NCBI RefSeq assembly: GCF_963921235.1
Contig: NC_086108.1
Location: 15,252,001 to 15,316,000 of the forward strand
DNA from: Mobula hypostoma
Taxonomy: Eukaryota
DNA length: 64,000 bases
Direction: 5' to 3'
How positions within the stretch are numbered: the stretch's first letter is position 1; each line of letters starts with the position of its first letter. This document shows, one piece after another, positions 54,234-64,000 of this stretch. The position numbers and the translations under genes are program-made. Under the pieces are notes generated by a model. It ran no database searches. It worked only from the letters and a program-made list of their open reading frames with translations, and was not told the DNA's origin.

Positions 54234-54788
54234 TAAATAAAAATAAATATAAAGGGTGTCCAAGATCTCTGAGGACTTAACCTGGCCCCAACATTATCAA
54301 TGCAGCTATAAAGGCAAGACAGCGGCTATATTTCATTAGGAGTTTGAGGAGATTTGGAATGTCAACTAAAACACTTGAAAATGTCTACAGATGTACCTTG
54401 GCGAGCATTCTGGCAGGTTGCAGGTATGGGGGGGGGGGAGAGAGTGGGTTTACTGCACAGGATTGAAGTAAGCTGCAGAGTTGTAAACTTAGTCAGCTCC
54501 ATCGTGGATACGAGCCTCCATAGTATCCAAGACATCTTCAAGGAATGATGCCTCAAAAAGGCGGCATCCATTGTCCCCTTCTCACTGTTACCAGGGTTTG
54601 GTAGTACAGGGAGTGGTTTGCATTCTCTCACTGTTACCATCAGAGAGGGGGTACAGAAGCCTTAAGACACACTCTCAGCGATTCAGGAACAGCTTCTTCC
54701 TCTCTGCCATCTGATTCCTGATTGGACATTGAAATCACAAACACACTACTTTTTTAAAAATTTGTTTTTGCTCTTATATAACTATTTG

Positions 54789-54822
<34 letters not shown>

Positions 54823-55449
54823 TTACGGTAATTCAGTTTTCCTTCTATATTATGTGTTGCATTATATTGCTGCTGCGAAGTTAACAAATTTCACGACATA
54901 TGCCAGTGATATTCAACCTGATTCTGTTGGGAGTTCTTTGACGATGTGACTAGCTGAAGAGATAAAGGGGTACCAGTGATTCTGGTGAATTTGGATTTCT
55001 ACAATAAAATCAGAATACAAGAACCCGAGTGCCTAGTCTATTAGAATTTGGTTTTCTTTTCAATGTTGAGCCTCTAAATGATATGTGCTGTTGCAGGTAA
55101 AATTTTCATTTCCAATATATCTGCACGTACTCGCGCATATACCTGTAATAATAAATACACCTTGATCGATGTACCAACATGGTTACACGATTGAGGCATA
55201 CGAGGTAAGCCAGCCAGCCGAGCGGCGGTGTGGGGCGAAACCATGTCCTTGCCACACCTCCACCAGCCATCGCAGGGCCAATCCTCGGCCTTGCAAGAAT
55301 GGTGCTCGGAAAAGCCCACTTTAGCGCACCGCTCTAACAGCTGAATTCCAGTGGCGTTCTGTAAGGAGTCCCCCCGTGGGTTTTCTTCCAAGTCCAAACC
55401 AGTACTAGGTAAATTATAAATTTTCCCGTGATTAGGTTACGATTAACTA

Positions 55450-55700
55450 GGTTTGGTAGTACCGGAAGGGGGTGGTTTACATTCCCGCCTTCGTCACACG
55501 ACCGTTACAATGTCGCCTTTCAAAAATTGAAAAAAAAACTACCATAGAGTGGCCAATTAGATCTATTTGATTAGAATACCGGACCAGGATTCGATTGACA
55601 AAGGTATTATCCAATTGGAGGTGGACTTATATCTCCATGATCCAATCAGATTAGCGTTTCTGATGATCCCATGAAGCTCCGCGCGGAGGACTCTATAAAG
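55450..55700 (+). promoter_or_regulatory. CpG-rich promoter of the GAS5-like gene
   Basis: ETS-like ACCGGAAG at 55461, E2F-like TTCCCGCC at ~55482, CCAAT at 55553, 55611 and 55642, TATAAA at 55694-55699. CpG-rich ~55.1-56.3 kb in an otherwise CpG-depleted window. Confidence 0.75.
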
Positions 55701-55806
55701 TGGTTCTGCGCGGTATGCTCGGCCTCATGCGCCTGCAGCCGGCTGGTGAGGATGGAGGTGGGTGTGTGCTGAGGAGGTGGCTGCGGTCGGGTGGGTTCTG
55801 GTACGT

Positions 55807-55876
55807 CTCCCGTGATGAGGTTATGTTGGTAGGGACATCCGAGTAACTGTGATGAGGACCCAACATGCTGAGGTTG
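55807..55876 (+). ncRNA. SNORD74: C/D box snoRNA SNORD74 (U74)
   Basis: C box GTGATGA at 55812; guide TGTTGGTAGGGACAT plus D' CCGA; C' GTGATGA; D box CTGA at 55868; 69 nt before the acceptor at 55940. Confidence 0.9.
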
Positions 55877-56068
55877 CGAGTGGGTCTGTTGCGCGGCTCG
55901 GCCCCGTACCTCTCACCGACTCTCCGTTCCTCGTCCGCAGGTGTCCTGGCGTAGCAGCGACTTCGCACGGGCCGAGAGGCGAATGACCCAGGTAACCGAG
56001 TACGGAGAGGGCCACCCCGTGTTCCCGTTCCCTGGGGAGCCCTGTGGGTGAACGGGGCCAGCCTACAG

Positions 56069-56126
56069 AGCCAGTGATTAACGAGTAGTGGTCAGGATTG
56101 TTCCTGAAAACCTTCTGAATGAGGCT
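56069..56126 (+). ncRNA. SNORD75: C/D box snoRNA SNORD75 (U75)
   Basis: AGCC...GGCT terminal stem; C-like GTGATTA; GAGTAGTGG...TTCCTGA resembles human U75; atypical D box (ATGA). Confidence 0.78.
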
Positions 56127-56699
56127 TATCGAGGGGCCGGGTCGGGAGTGGATTTGGTTTTCGAATTGGGGTAGTAAAGGGAACGGATAATGTTAATGTG
56201 AAGAATGTAAAACCAGTGTTCTGCTTCAATATCGTTGCTAGCAGTGGGGCATATGTAACAGGCTAGAATGGTCGGAAAAGGATAATCGTAGAGCGGAAGC
56301 CTAGGTGAGAGTCTCATTGGTTGTGCCAGCTCAAGAAACGTTAAAAGCCTGTGGTTGGGGCTACCAATATAGTGTTGATAGTTGATAATGGCAGGAAATT
56401 CTGTCGGTTTGCGTGTGGTTTGATGTGTCACGTAATCTACAGAGATTGTATATCTTTGCATGTGCTGATGCGAGATTTTGTTTTCAGGTGCTTGAATCCG
56501 GAGACAAGGCTAAAGACAGGTAATTCGAATATTTAAAGGCGAACCTGTAATTTACAGCTTTATTCGTTGCTTTTCCATGTCTTTTAAGGTTTAAGATTGA
56601 TTTGGCTCATGTACTCCCCTGTTCGAAAGACTCATGGCACCTTAAATTCTATGTTTTCTGATGTTACGTTGTCCAGAGAGTTCTGGTCTCAACATCTTG

Positions 56700-56993
56700 A
56701 AGGCTCATTGGGTTTACCTGTGGAGACAAAAACAAAACAGCCAAAGTTTTGTAGAACTGTACTAAGTCCTCCAGGAGGCTTGGAGTAAACCTATCGGGCT
56801 ATTTTGTTAAAAAACTGCACACATTTACCTAAGAGAAATGCTGCAGTTTTAAAGGCCACCATATTGATTTCTTTTTAATGTTCATTGCTCTTTATAGTAT
56901 ATTTCTGTTACTTTGAAAACTTTCATTTAATTATTTTTAAAATCAGCTTTTTAGATTTTTGTAATCTATGGTTAGGACTTTTGCACAGTACTG
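56700..56993 (+). mobile_element. Tc1 3' relic in a GAS5 intron
   Basis: ctccaggaggcttgg...cctaagaga...aaaggc and terminal gacttttgcacagtactg. Confidence 0.55.
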
Positions 56994-57246
56994 AAAATAA
57001 TGGAATGTATTGTTTGCCTTAATCAACACAACTTGATATGTTGGCTTCTGTTTTCCATCAGCAATCTTGAGAAATTGAATTCCTTTCAGCACCTTGCTGC
57101 TTTAAGCAGGATGCAGTTTAGATGCATCTATTTGTACTGTATCAGTTTGAAAGTGTTTTGTGGATAACCTGTGTAATGTGGCGTTGGCCATGATCCATTA
57201 CTTAATTTTACGAAGCCCTTGGGATACATTGGCTTGTTTTTTGAAG

Positions 57247-57318
57247 AATGAATGATGAGCTTGAGTTCAGTAGATATCTGATGACTTGATTGTTAGCCTT
57301 GTGCATATACCTGACTGT
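57247..57318 (+). ncRNA. SNORD77/80-family paralog with eroded guides
   Basis: C box ATGATGA at 57252 and D box CTGA at 57311 are intact; guides GAGTTCAGTAGAT and TTAGCCTTGTGC differ from the 61.6-kb copy. Confidence 0.65.
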
Positions 57319-57529
57319 AAATATGACTGCCTCAAGTTAATCCTGTGGTTTCTGGGTTCCAGCAGCTGACTCCAGATGTGAAGGTGACCTGTTTGATGGC
57401 ATCAGGTGAGTAGTGGGTACAGGGTTAAATTCTGAGCCAGTTTCTGATCCTTGGACCCGAGTTGAAGATTTGTATACCTGTCTGAGATCACACTTGTTCT
57501 TCCAGGCCTTTCTTGAAGGCTTTTATGTG

Positions 57530-57605
57530 AAACCAGTGATGAAGATGATTCTGCCATATGATCAGAAATGATTCTACTCAAATCCGTTCCTTAAATCTGA
57601 GGTTT
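57530..57605 (+). ncRNA. SNORD47: C/D box snoRNA SNORD47 (U47)
   Basis: AAACC/GGTTT stem, C box GTGATGA at 57536, guide ATGATTCTGCCA, CCGTTCC, D box CTGA at 57597; 74 nt before the acceptor at 57674. Confidence 0.9.
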
Positions 57606-58177
57606 TGCTGCTTCTCTGCATGTTTCTGTGTGTTTGTGTGTGCTTGTCAATGACAACATGGTCTTAATTTTCAGGATGAGGTGACCAAGTGTCGACTGGA
57701 CAAACAAATGACAAAGGTGAGTTCAGTTCTTGCTGAGTCTGGATAAGTCTGGCCTCAATTTATTTCCATCTGTTGCTGTGCTGAAGATGACTTGAAGAGG
57801 CTGTTAATGTTTCCTGTGTTTGGTAATTAGTAGGGTTATGATGAGGGGAAGGTTGTAGTTGCACTGCTGGGGAAGGGGTTGTGGTCAGTACTGTCTGTTT
57901 AATACTAAGACAATTAAATAATGACACATTATTCAGAATCTAAAGCAAAGTAATGGGATTAGTGTAGATGTGCAAAAAGGTCTTTCTGCATGACTGTTGG
58001 TGTGTAGTGAAAATCCTAAGATTTTTCCACTGTGAATCAGATTTCCTAGTCATGAGGGCAAGTAATTGATATGACAAGGCAGTTCATTTGTTTCAAACTG
58101 TCTCCTGTAAGCCTGGTTTTTAAAGTAGGTGTCAGGATGCAGTTGTTAGCAACATCTAGTTTCCTTTCACAATAAGT

Positions 58178-58233
58178 ATCTATGATAACAGAAAAACCTT
58201 AATTGTCCATGAGGATTGTCTGATATTAGCTCT
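58178..58233 (+). pseudogene. SNORD44 pseudocopy
   Basis: C box mutated (ATGATAA); the guide TATTAGCTCT is followed directly by gtaaggc, a ~33-bp deletion versus 62711-62743 that removes the D box. Confidence 0.75.
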
Positions 58234-58572
58234 GTAAGGCAAGATTGCCAACAGTGTTAGACGTTTGTTTGATGGTCTGAGCTGCAGGAGCAGGTTCTTT
58301 GGGAACAGCGGTGGAGGTTAGTGCAGAGAGCAGCTTGGGCATTCGGGGAGCATTCTTCAGATTGGCAGTGTGGGTGTTGCTTGCAGACACTGAGAATGTT
58401 CATGCTTCTAATTTCTTTGCTAATGAACCTTTCTCAGGCCTGCTTCATATTTTTGCCTATAATCTACTGTGGGGTGATGGGCCCTCTTGGAATTACACCT
58501 GCAGTTGTGGAGATTCATCTTGTTTTGAATAAGCTTAGTGTTGGATTGTAGTTTCATTTTATCCTGGTTAAA

Positions 58573-58647
58573 CTCAGCACAAATGATGAAATATTTTGAA
58601 CTCTCTCTCTGAAAGTGATGAGATGAACTTAAACTGAATCTGCTGAG
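58573..58647 (+). ncRNA. SNORD81: C/D box snoRNA SNORD81 (U81)
   Basis: Stem CTCAGCA/TGCTGAG, C box ATGATGA, guide TTGAACTCTCTC plus D' CTGA, C' GTGATGA, D box CTGA at 58634. Confidence 0.88.
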
Positions 58648-59284
58648 AAACCAGTGTTACTTTGTGTTCAGATTGGTTAGATTACTGTGAAGTAACATAA
58701 TGCTGGAAGAACTCAGGCAGCATGTATGCAAAAGAGCAAAGATCCTTCAGGACTGAATTGTTTTCAGTTTCAGATCCAAGATTTTGGAATCCCCATTTTT
58801 TTTTAAAGAAACAAGTGCATGGGTAGGGAAGAGTTCTGAAAAGGATCTGAAGAGAAATTTGTTTTTATCAAGTGATTGCTCTGCTAGGGAAGGCTGTGGG
58901 GTTGGAGATGGTCACTATGCAATTACGTAGGCAAAGATGTGAAGTGTATTGTGTGGTGGTTTCTGTTTGTGGTCTAGTTAGTGAATACCTGGGTCACAGT
59001 TAATTCATTGTGCACTTCTGAAATTTCCTCTTTTACAGATTGGAATTTCTGTTCTCTCTGGATGCTGGGACTGGTCTTGACAGGTGGGCACCATGTTAAA
59101 TTCTCATTTGGCTGTTTTTAAGTTCACACTTGCCTTTGCCTGGTGATTTGCCCTGCTTTGATTTCACAATAAGTTGAGAGCTGAAGACCTGACCTGTCAG
59201 TGAGGATGGTCTGATTAGCTCTGGAGAGCAGTCTTGGAGAGGGGACCAGTAACATTTCCATAGGAACATTGTCCATTGAATTGT

Positions 59285-59361
59285 GCCAGTGATGATGCTT
59301 ATTTGCTACTCTTGACATGTTGGATGATGAAGGATATGAACCACCATATAGATCCTGAGGC
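59285..59361 (+). ncRNA. SNORD76: C/D box snoRNA SNORD76 (U76)
   Basis: GCC/GGC stem, C box GTGATGA, TTATTTGCTACTCTTGA, AACCACCAT, D box CTGA at 59355; branch point TACTAAC at 59404 and acceptor at 59426. Confidence 0.9.
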
Positions 59362-59541
59362 GCACAAAATTTAATAGATGATGATACTGATGGTGTAGCC
59401 AGTTACTAACAATGTGTCTTCTCCAGGTGTGAATCCAGTCAAGTCGAAGTGTCTACTGCTGAGGTGAGAATGATCTGCAGGGTGTCACTAAACTGAATGT
59501 GGGAAACGTCATTGGATTTGAAGCTCTGAGTGATGAGTTAC

Positions 59542-59629
59542 TTGTACTGTTGATGATGTTAATTAGAATACAATGGGAATCTCTCTGAGATGGTATGAAA
59601 GACACTTGTACGTTACTGAACCAGTACAA
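59542..59629 (+). ncRNA. SNORD79: C/D box snoRNA SNORD79 (U79)
   Basis: Stem TTGTACTG/CAGTACAA, C box TGATGA, guide ATGGGAATCTCT plus D' CTGA, D box CTGA at 59616. Confidence 0.88.
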
Positions 59630-60354
59630 TGTAACTTCAGTTGCTGTAAAAGATGACATGAATTGTGTATGCTTGTATTTAAAAAGTGATTTTGGTCACT
59701 AAGTAATAAGATGATTCACAACTGATTTGTTCATGGTTTCAAATGTTCTGGCTGGGAGTGAAGGAGTCAACAACAATGTTACAATGAATATTTGGAGGAT
59801 GCAATATTTGATGGCATTGTTTGGAGGCAGTCCAGTATCTGGACTGTTAAATCATCAGTATATGTGCTCAATTCTGTCAGTAATTATGAGGAACTAAGTT
59901 TTATAGTGTAAAGTTAAAAAGGTTGCTGAACCAATAATCACACCACAGTTATTACTTTAACCTCCACCAGTTTATTGTGCTCAGTTCAGCTGGCGAGAAA
60001 GAACTCTGAACCAGTCATCAGAGAGACTGATTCTCTCTCCTTGGAGGCTCAGACGAGCTTTCTGATTTTAAAACAGAAATGCTACAATATATAGAATGAA
60101 CAGACAAAGAACACTTGGTTACAATGGTATGTTAAGTCAGAGTGAAATCCAATTATTTTGATAAGAGAGTCTACTAAATCAGAGTTTGATTACAAATACT
60201 GTCCACCCCATACCAGCCATCCCTGTAGTTAGGCCCCTGACTTGATTAGAGACAGATGTTCTTATTGAACCTCTCAAAAGAAAAAAAGTATGACCTATGT
60301 GAGCACCGAGTAATTCCAGCCTCATCACCTTGAGGCAGCTACAGGCTGTTAATC

Positions 60355-60720
60355 AGGCAAGCTTAAACTCAGGTTGGAGGAGCAACACCTCATACCGTCT
60401 AGGTAGTCTCCAGCCCCTTGGTATGAACATAGAATTCTCCAACTTCTGGTAATTCCCTCCCCCTCCCTTCTATCCCTATTTCACTCTACCACTTTCCCTA
60501 GCTCCCTCATGGTTCTGCCTCCTACCCATTGTTTTCAGGGCTATGATGTCACTGCTTCCCCTCCCCCACCCCTTTGTCTTTCAAATTACTGGTCTTTCAA
60601 CTGAAGCTACAAGCATTCTTCAAATCCTTCCCCATCTTTCATTCTTCAGTCCTGACGAGGGGTTCTGGCGCGAAATGTCGACTCTGATGCTGCCTGACCC
60701 GCTGAGTTCATCCAGCGTAC
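60355..60720 (+). mobile_element. Penelope-like 3' fragment in a GAS5 intron
   Basis: LRLEEQHL...LGSLQPLGMNIEFSNFW* and a degenerate hammerhead agtcctgacga...gaaatgtcgact. Confidence 0.7.
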
Positions 60721-61597
60721 TGAAAGTGAAGCTTTTAATCTAAACAAACTGCAGGCCTATTCTTCAGCAAACGCGACAGAATTTGTTCACTAACACACAG
60801 TGGCACTTAAGTTTTTAACCCATTATTTACAAGAGTCCAAGAATCACGTCTTTCTTTCCCAACATCCTTAAACTTTATCAATAGTACTGTTCTGGTGTTC
60901 CAGTTTGTACTATTTCATTTAAATACAGTTTGTTACTCAGGTGGCTGCTTAACTTGCATCTTGAACTATTCACAGAAAACTGGTTAATCAGCACAACAGT
61001 TTAATTGGGCTAAAATGTGCTGGTGTCCCATTTAACCGGGATCTGTCGGCTTGGCCAGTGCTTGAATAGGAAGGGCTCAAAATTATTTAGGCCCCATGCA
61101 GCCAAGTGAGAGCATCACATTCACCATGGGCAAGATGGGCTGTTAGTGTGTGATTTGGATTACATTGTAATGAGTTCCAATGTATGTACTTTGTTATCTT
61201 GTAAATTTGAGTATTGGAAAGTATGGGACAGCTAGATCTGTTGCTTTTTCACATAACATTTTCTTCACTGTTTTTTGGGTTTCAGCCTCTGACTCCAGAT
61301 ATGAAGTTGGCCTGTGGGTGGCACCAGGTGAGTGGAGATCATCAGTTATTGGTGTGGAGTTGACAGTAAACCCAAGTATGCACTCACCTGCTAGTGGTGG
61401 GCCTCTTAACTGGGTATGTTACTTTTTGGTATGCATTCATTGGCATAGATTTGTAGTGAATTTGCGAGCATCTGAATTCCTTTTGGGTGGTTCAATTGAT
61501 CATGACAGTTTGCTGTGTAGTCATTTGGAGTGTTCCATGGGAGCTGTAAGTTGAGATTTCTGGAGACTGGGTTTACATTAGTGTTTTTCTATGAGGA

Positions 61598-61672
61598 GTG
61601 AATGATGAACTCATAGTTCAGCAGATAACTGATGATGACTTAATCATTAGTCTTTCGCATATACCTGACATT
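61598..61672 (+). ncRNA. SNORD80: C/D box snoRNA SNORD80 (U77/U80 family)
   Basis: C box ATGATGA at 61602; guides CATAGTTCAG(CAGA) and AGTCTTTCGC; D box CTGA at 61665; outer stem ATGAGGA/TCCTCAT; 75 nt before the acceptor at 61743. Confidence 0.87.
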
Positions 61673-62137
61673 TCCTCATCCACATACATGATGCAACACA
61701 TGAAACCTCCTTCACCAGGATAACAATCATTTTTTTATTTCAGCCCAAATCCAAATATGAAGTTAGCCTGTGGATTGCATGGTATCAGGTGAGTGGAGTG
61801 GGATTGAATCAGGTGCATTCTCTTTGTTATTGATGGTGTTGCATGTTTGAAGGAATGAACTGAGGTTTTATCAGGGATTTAAAGTCTGCTTACAGTGGAA
61901 ATGTAGGGTTGATTTGCCAAATGCTGCAGGAGTGTATATTGAGATGAATGGTATCCAGCATTGGAGTGATCTTTGAATTTGCAACTTTCTGAGCAGTAAT
62001 CTTTCACTGGCCTGTGGGTAGATGAGGTGGGGGGCAGGGGGGAAGACTACTTGGATTTGTGTACCAGTGTGCAGTCGCCCTTGTTCTTCCAGGCTCCAGT
62101 GAGGATAGGACAGGCTTCCTTGAAGGATTTTAGTGTG

Positions 62138-62208
62138 AAACCAGTGATTAAGATGATTCTGCCATATGACCATGACTGATTCCAATTAGTTCCATATACC
62201 TGCGGTTT
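62138..62208 (+). pseudogene. SNORD47 decayed copy
   Basis: Guide ATGATTCTGCCA is kept, but the C box (GTGATTA) and D box (CTGC) are mutated and the second guide is eroded. Confidence 0.75.
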
Positions 62209-62651
62209 CACTGTTTGTCAAAAATCATATGGCCTCTATTTTCAGGATGAGGTGATGAATTGGGAAGTTAATAGACTGTATTAGGTGGTTTCTGTCTGGC
62301 AGAGATGGTGAAAGCATGGGTTATTGTTCATTGTGTAGTTATTGAGTTTTTTCCTCTTAACAGATTCTGGTTTCTGTTCTCAAAAGTATGCTGGGGCTAC
62401 TGACTGGCCTTTAACAGGTGGGCACTATGTTCAATCCTCATTCTGCTATTTTAACTGTCCTTTCACTATGATGTATGAATTAGGTCTCCTAGTCATGAGG
62501 ACAAGTAATTGACTGATATGATAGGCAGTCCATTTGTTTTAAAATGTCTCCTGTAAGCCTGGTTTTTAAAGTACCTTTTTCTGTCTCAGGTGTCAGAATG
62601 CAGCTGCTGTGACTATTGGTGAGTGTCTGGCTTTTTTCCTTCACAATAAGT

Positions 62652-62722
62652 ACCTATGATGAGAGCAGAAAACTTGAATTGTCCATGAAAACTGTCTTGA
62701 TATTAGCTCTAACTGATCAGGT
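62652..62722 (+). ncRNA. SNORD44: C/D box snoRNA SNORD44 (U44)
   Basis: ACCT/AGGT stem, C box ATGATGA at 62656, guide TATTAGCTCTAA (antisense to 18S UAGAGCUAAUA) plus D box CTGA at 62713; 74 nt before the acceptor at 62790. Confidence 0.9.
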
Positions 62723-64000
62723 TATGAAGATCACTGGATGTGAGTAAGGCATGTTTGTCAGCAGTGACCTGACATTCCTATCTTTTCCAGAACTGGGGTT
62801 CATTGGGAGCAGCAGTGGAAGTTGGCTTGGGTCCTCATGATTGGCAGGGTAAGTGCTGATGTTCTTGGGAGATATTTAGTATTTGAGCTTCTGAATTGTG
62901 TAGTGTGGTAGTGATTTATCTCACTGGTGTGGTGGATCAGACTATTTAAACTCTGATTTCTGGATTGTTTTGCAGTATTAATTTTTGTTCTCTGTTGTAG
63001 GTACAAAATGGAGCCTGCCAGTCGACATCAGCTATTTTTATGCCTTATGTATGAGTATGTCAATTCACCATGTAACACTGGGATAATAAAATAAATACTG
63101 CTCAGTATTTCTCTGCTTATCTAAAGTAGCATTATTTAAATTGTATAATATTTAGTCCCTTATTAAGGGAACCTTCTCCGGTTCCTACTTTTCACAGCCT
63201 GTTGACCTGAATGAACTGCTTTAGCTGGTTGTTACTGGGTTTACGAAGATCTTGTTTGGGCCAACTTAAACAACCACTATTCTACCTTATTCTGCAGATA
63301 TCTCTGCTGTAACTGGATGTAATAATTATGACAAGTGGAAGAGTCGTATTTCCTGCTCTTGTTCTCTTGCTGTTTTACTATGAACTCTGCCTTTTTTGGA
63401 AAAAAAGGGAAATTGACATTGCAGTGGGATTTTAAGAGTTGCAGGGTGATGAGAACCAGAGTCCAGGATGGAGTGTTGTGGGGAAAGATGTTTCAAGTCA
63501 CTGCCACCTTATCGTGTCCACAGACTGTCTATATGTGGCTTAGCCAGAACTGGACACATTTGTGCACCTCATTGTTGAATTTGGTCATTGCAGGAGATGT
63601 TGCATAGTTTATGGCTCAGTTCCACATTCAAAAGTTGTCGGCCTGGTTGTATATCCCCATTCGTTTAGTGACACCTTTGAATGACCTACACCTAACTTGA
63701 CTAAGTCTGTTACAGCACTTCCAGGTTGCTCAGTTGCAATTAGCTCCTAGGGGAAGGTTTTCTTGTGGAATTTCCAATGTTGGGGGTTTGAGACTGGCAA
63801 GCTGGTCTTTCCACTAGGTGATGCAGACTTCAGATGGGGTTGATTGTAATGGAACAACACTCCTCATGAAGCTCTTCTTGACTTGAGGTGGCTGGGTGTA
63901 GGTGTAATGACAATGTAGAGGGTGCCTCTCACTGATGTTTGGAGTTGTTCTTTCTTGCTGACTACCATTCTTACAATTCTATGCAAGTCTTAACAGTGTT

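Larger units (their letters stand above)
55724..63110 (+). ncRNA. GAS5: GAS5-like non-coding multi-snoRNA host gene
   Basis: Hosts the GAS5 snoRNA set. Short ag/gt-bounded exons without a long ORF at e.g. 55941-55991, 56488-56519, 57675-57716, 59427-59463, 61744-61788, 62590-62618 and 62791-62848; last exon from 63001 with AATAAA at 63085 and 63090. Start and end are inferred. Confidence 0.85.

Noticed and set aside
55074..55397. 107-aa minus-strand ORF beside the promoter
   Set aside because: Non-ATG start and no recognisable homology; typical of GC-rich promoter sequence.
63900..63940. gtgtaatga...ctga as SNORD78
   Set aside because: No proper C box or guide, too short, and downstream of the predicted polyA signals.

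Overview
Repeat-rich vertebrate genomic DNA, most likely from a cartilaginous fish (inferred from the CR1/Rex1/Penelope/Deu-SINE landscape). All family and gene assignments are by recall, not database search. (1) ZBTB37 on +, with three coding exons (418-1286, 13745-13847, 34316-34798) giving a 484-aa BTB + 3 C2H2 zinc-finger protein. (2) About 21 kb downstream on the same strand, a GAS5-like non-coding snoRNA host gene (~55.7-63.1 kb). It has a CCAAT/TATA promoter and intronic C/D snoRNAs matching SNORD74, 75, 47, 81, 76, 79, 80 and 44, plus decayed duplicates from an internal duplication with reciprocal loss. (3) The most unusual object is in the first coding intron of ZBTB37: a 1.33-kb non-autonomous Gypsy-type LTR element (223-bp LTRs, tRNA-Ser PBS, PPT, 5-bp TSD). 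Its gag/pol interior is replaced by two captured host gene fragments, antisense RNF213 and sense SUDS3, fused back-to-back. The window also holds Penelope-derived inverted-repeat insertions with minimal hammerhead ribozyme motifs and many nested LINE, SINE and DNA-transposon relics. Repeat boundaries are approximate.
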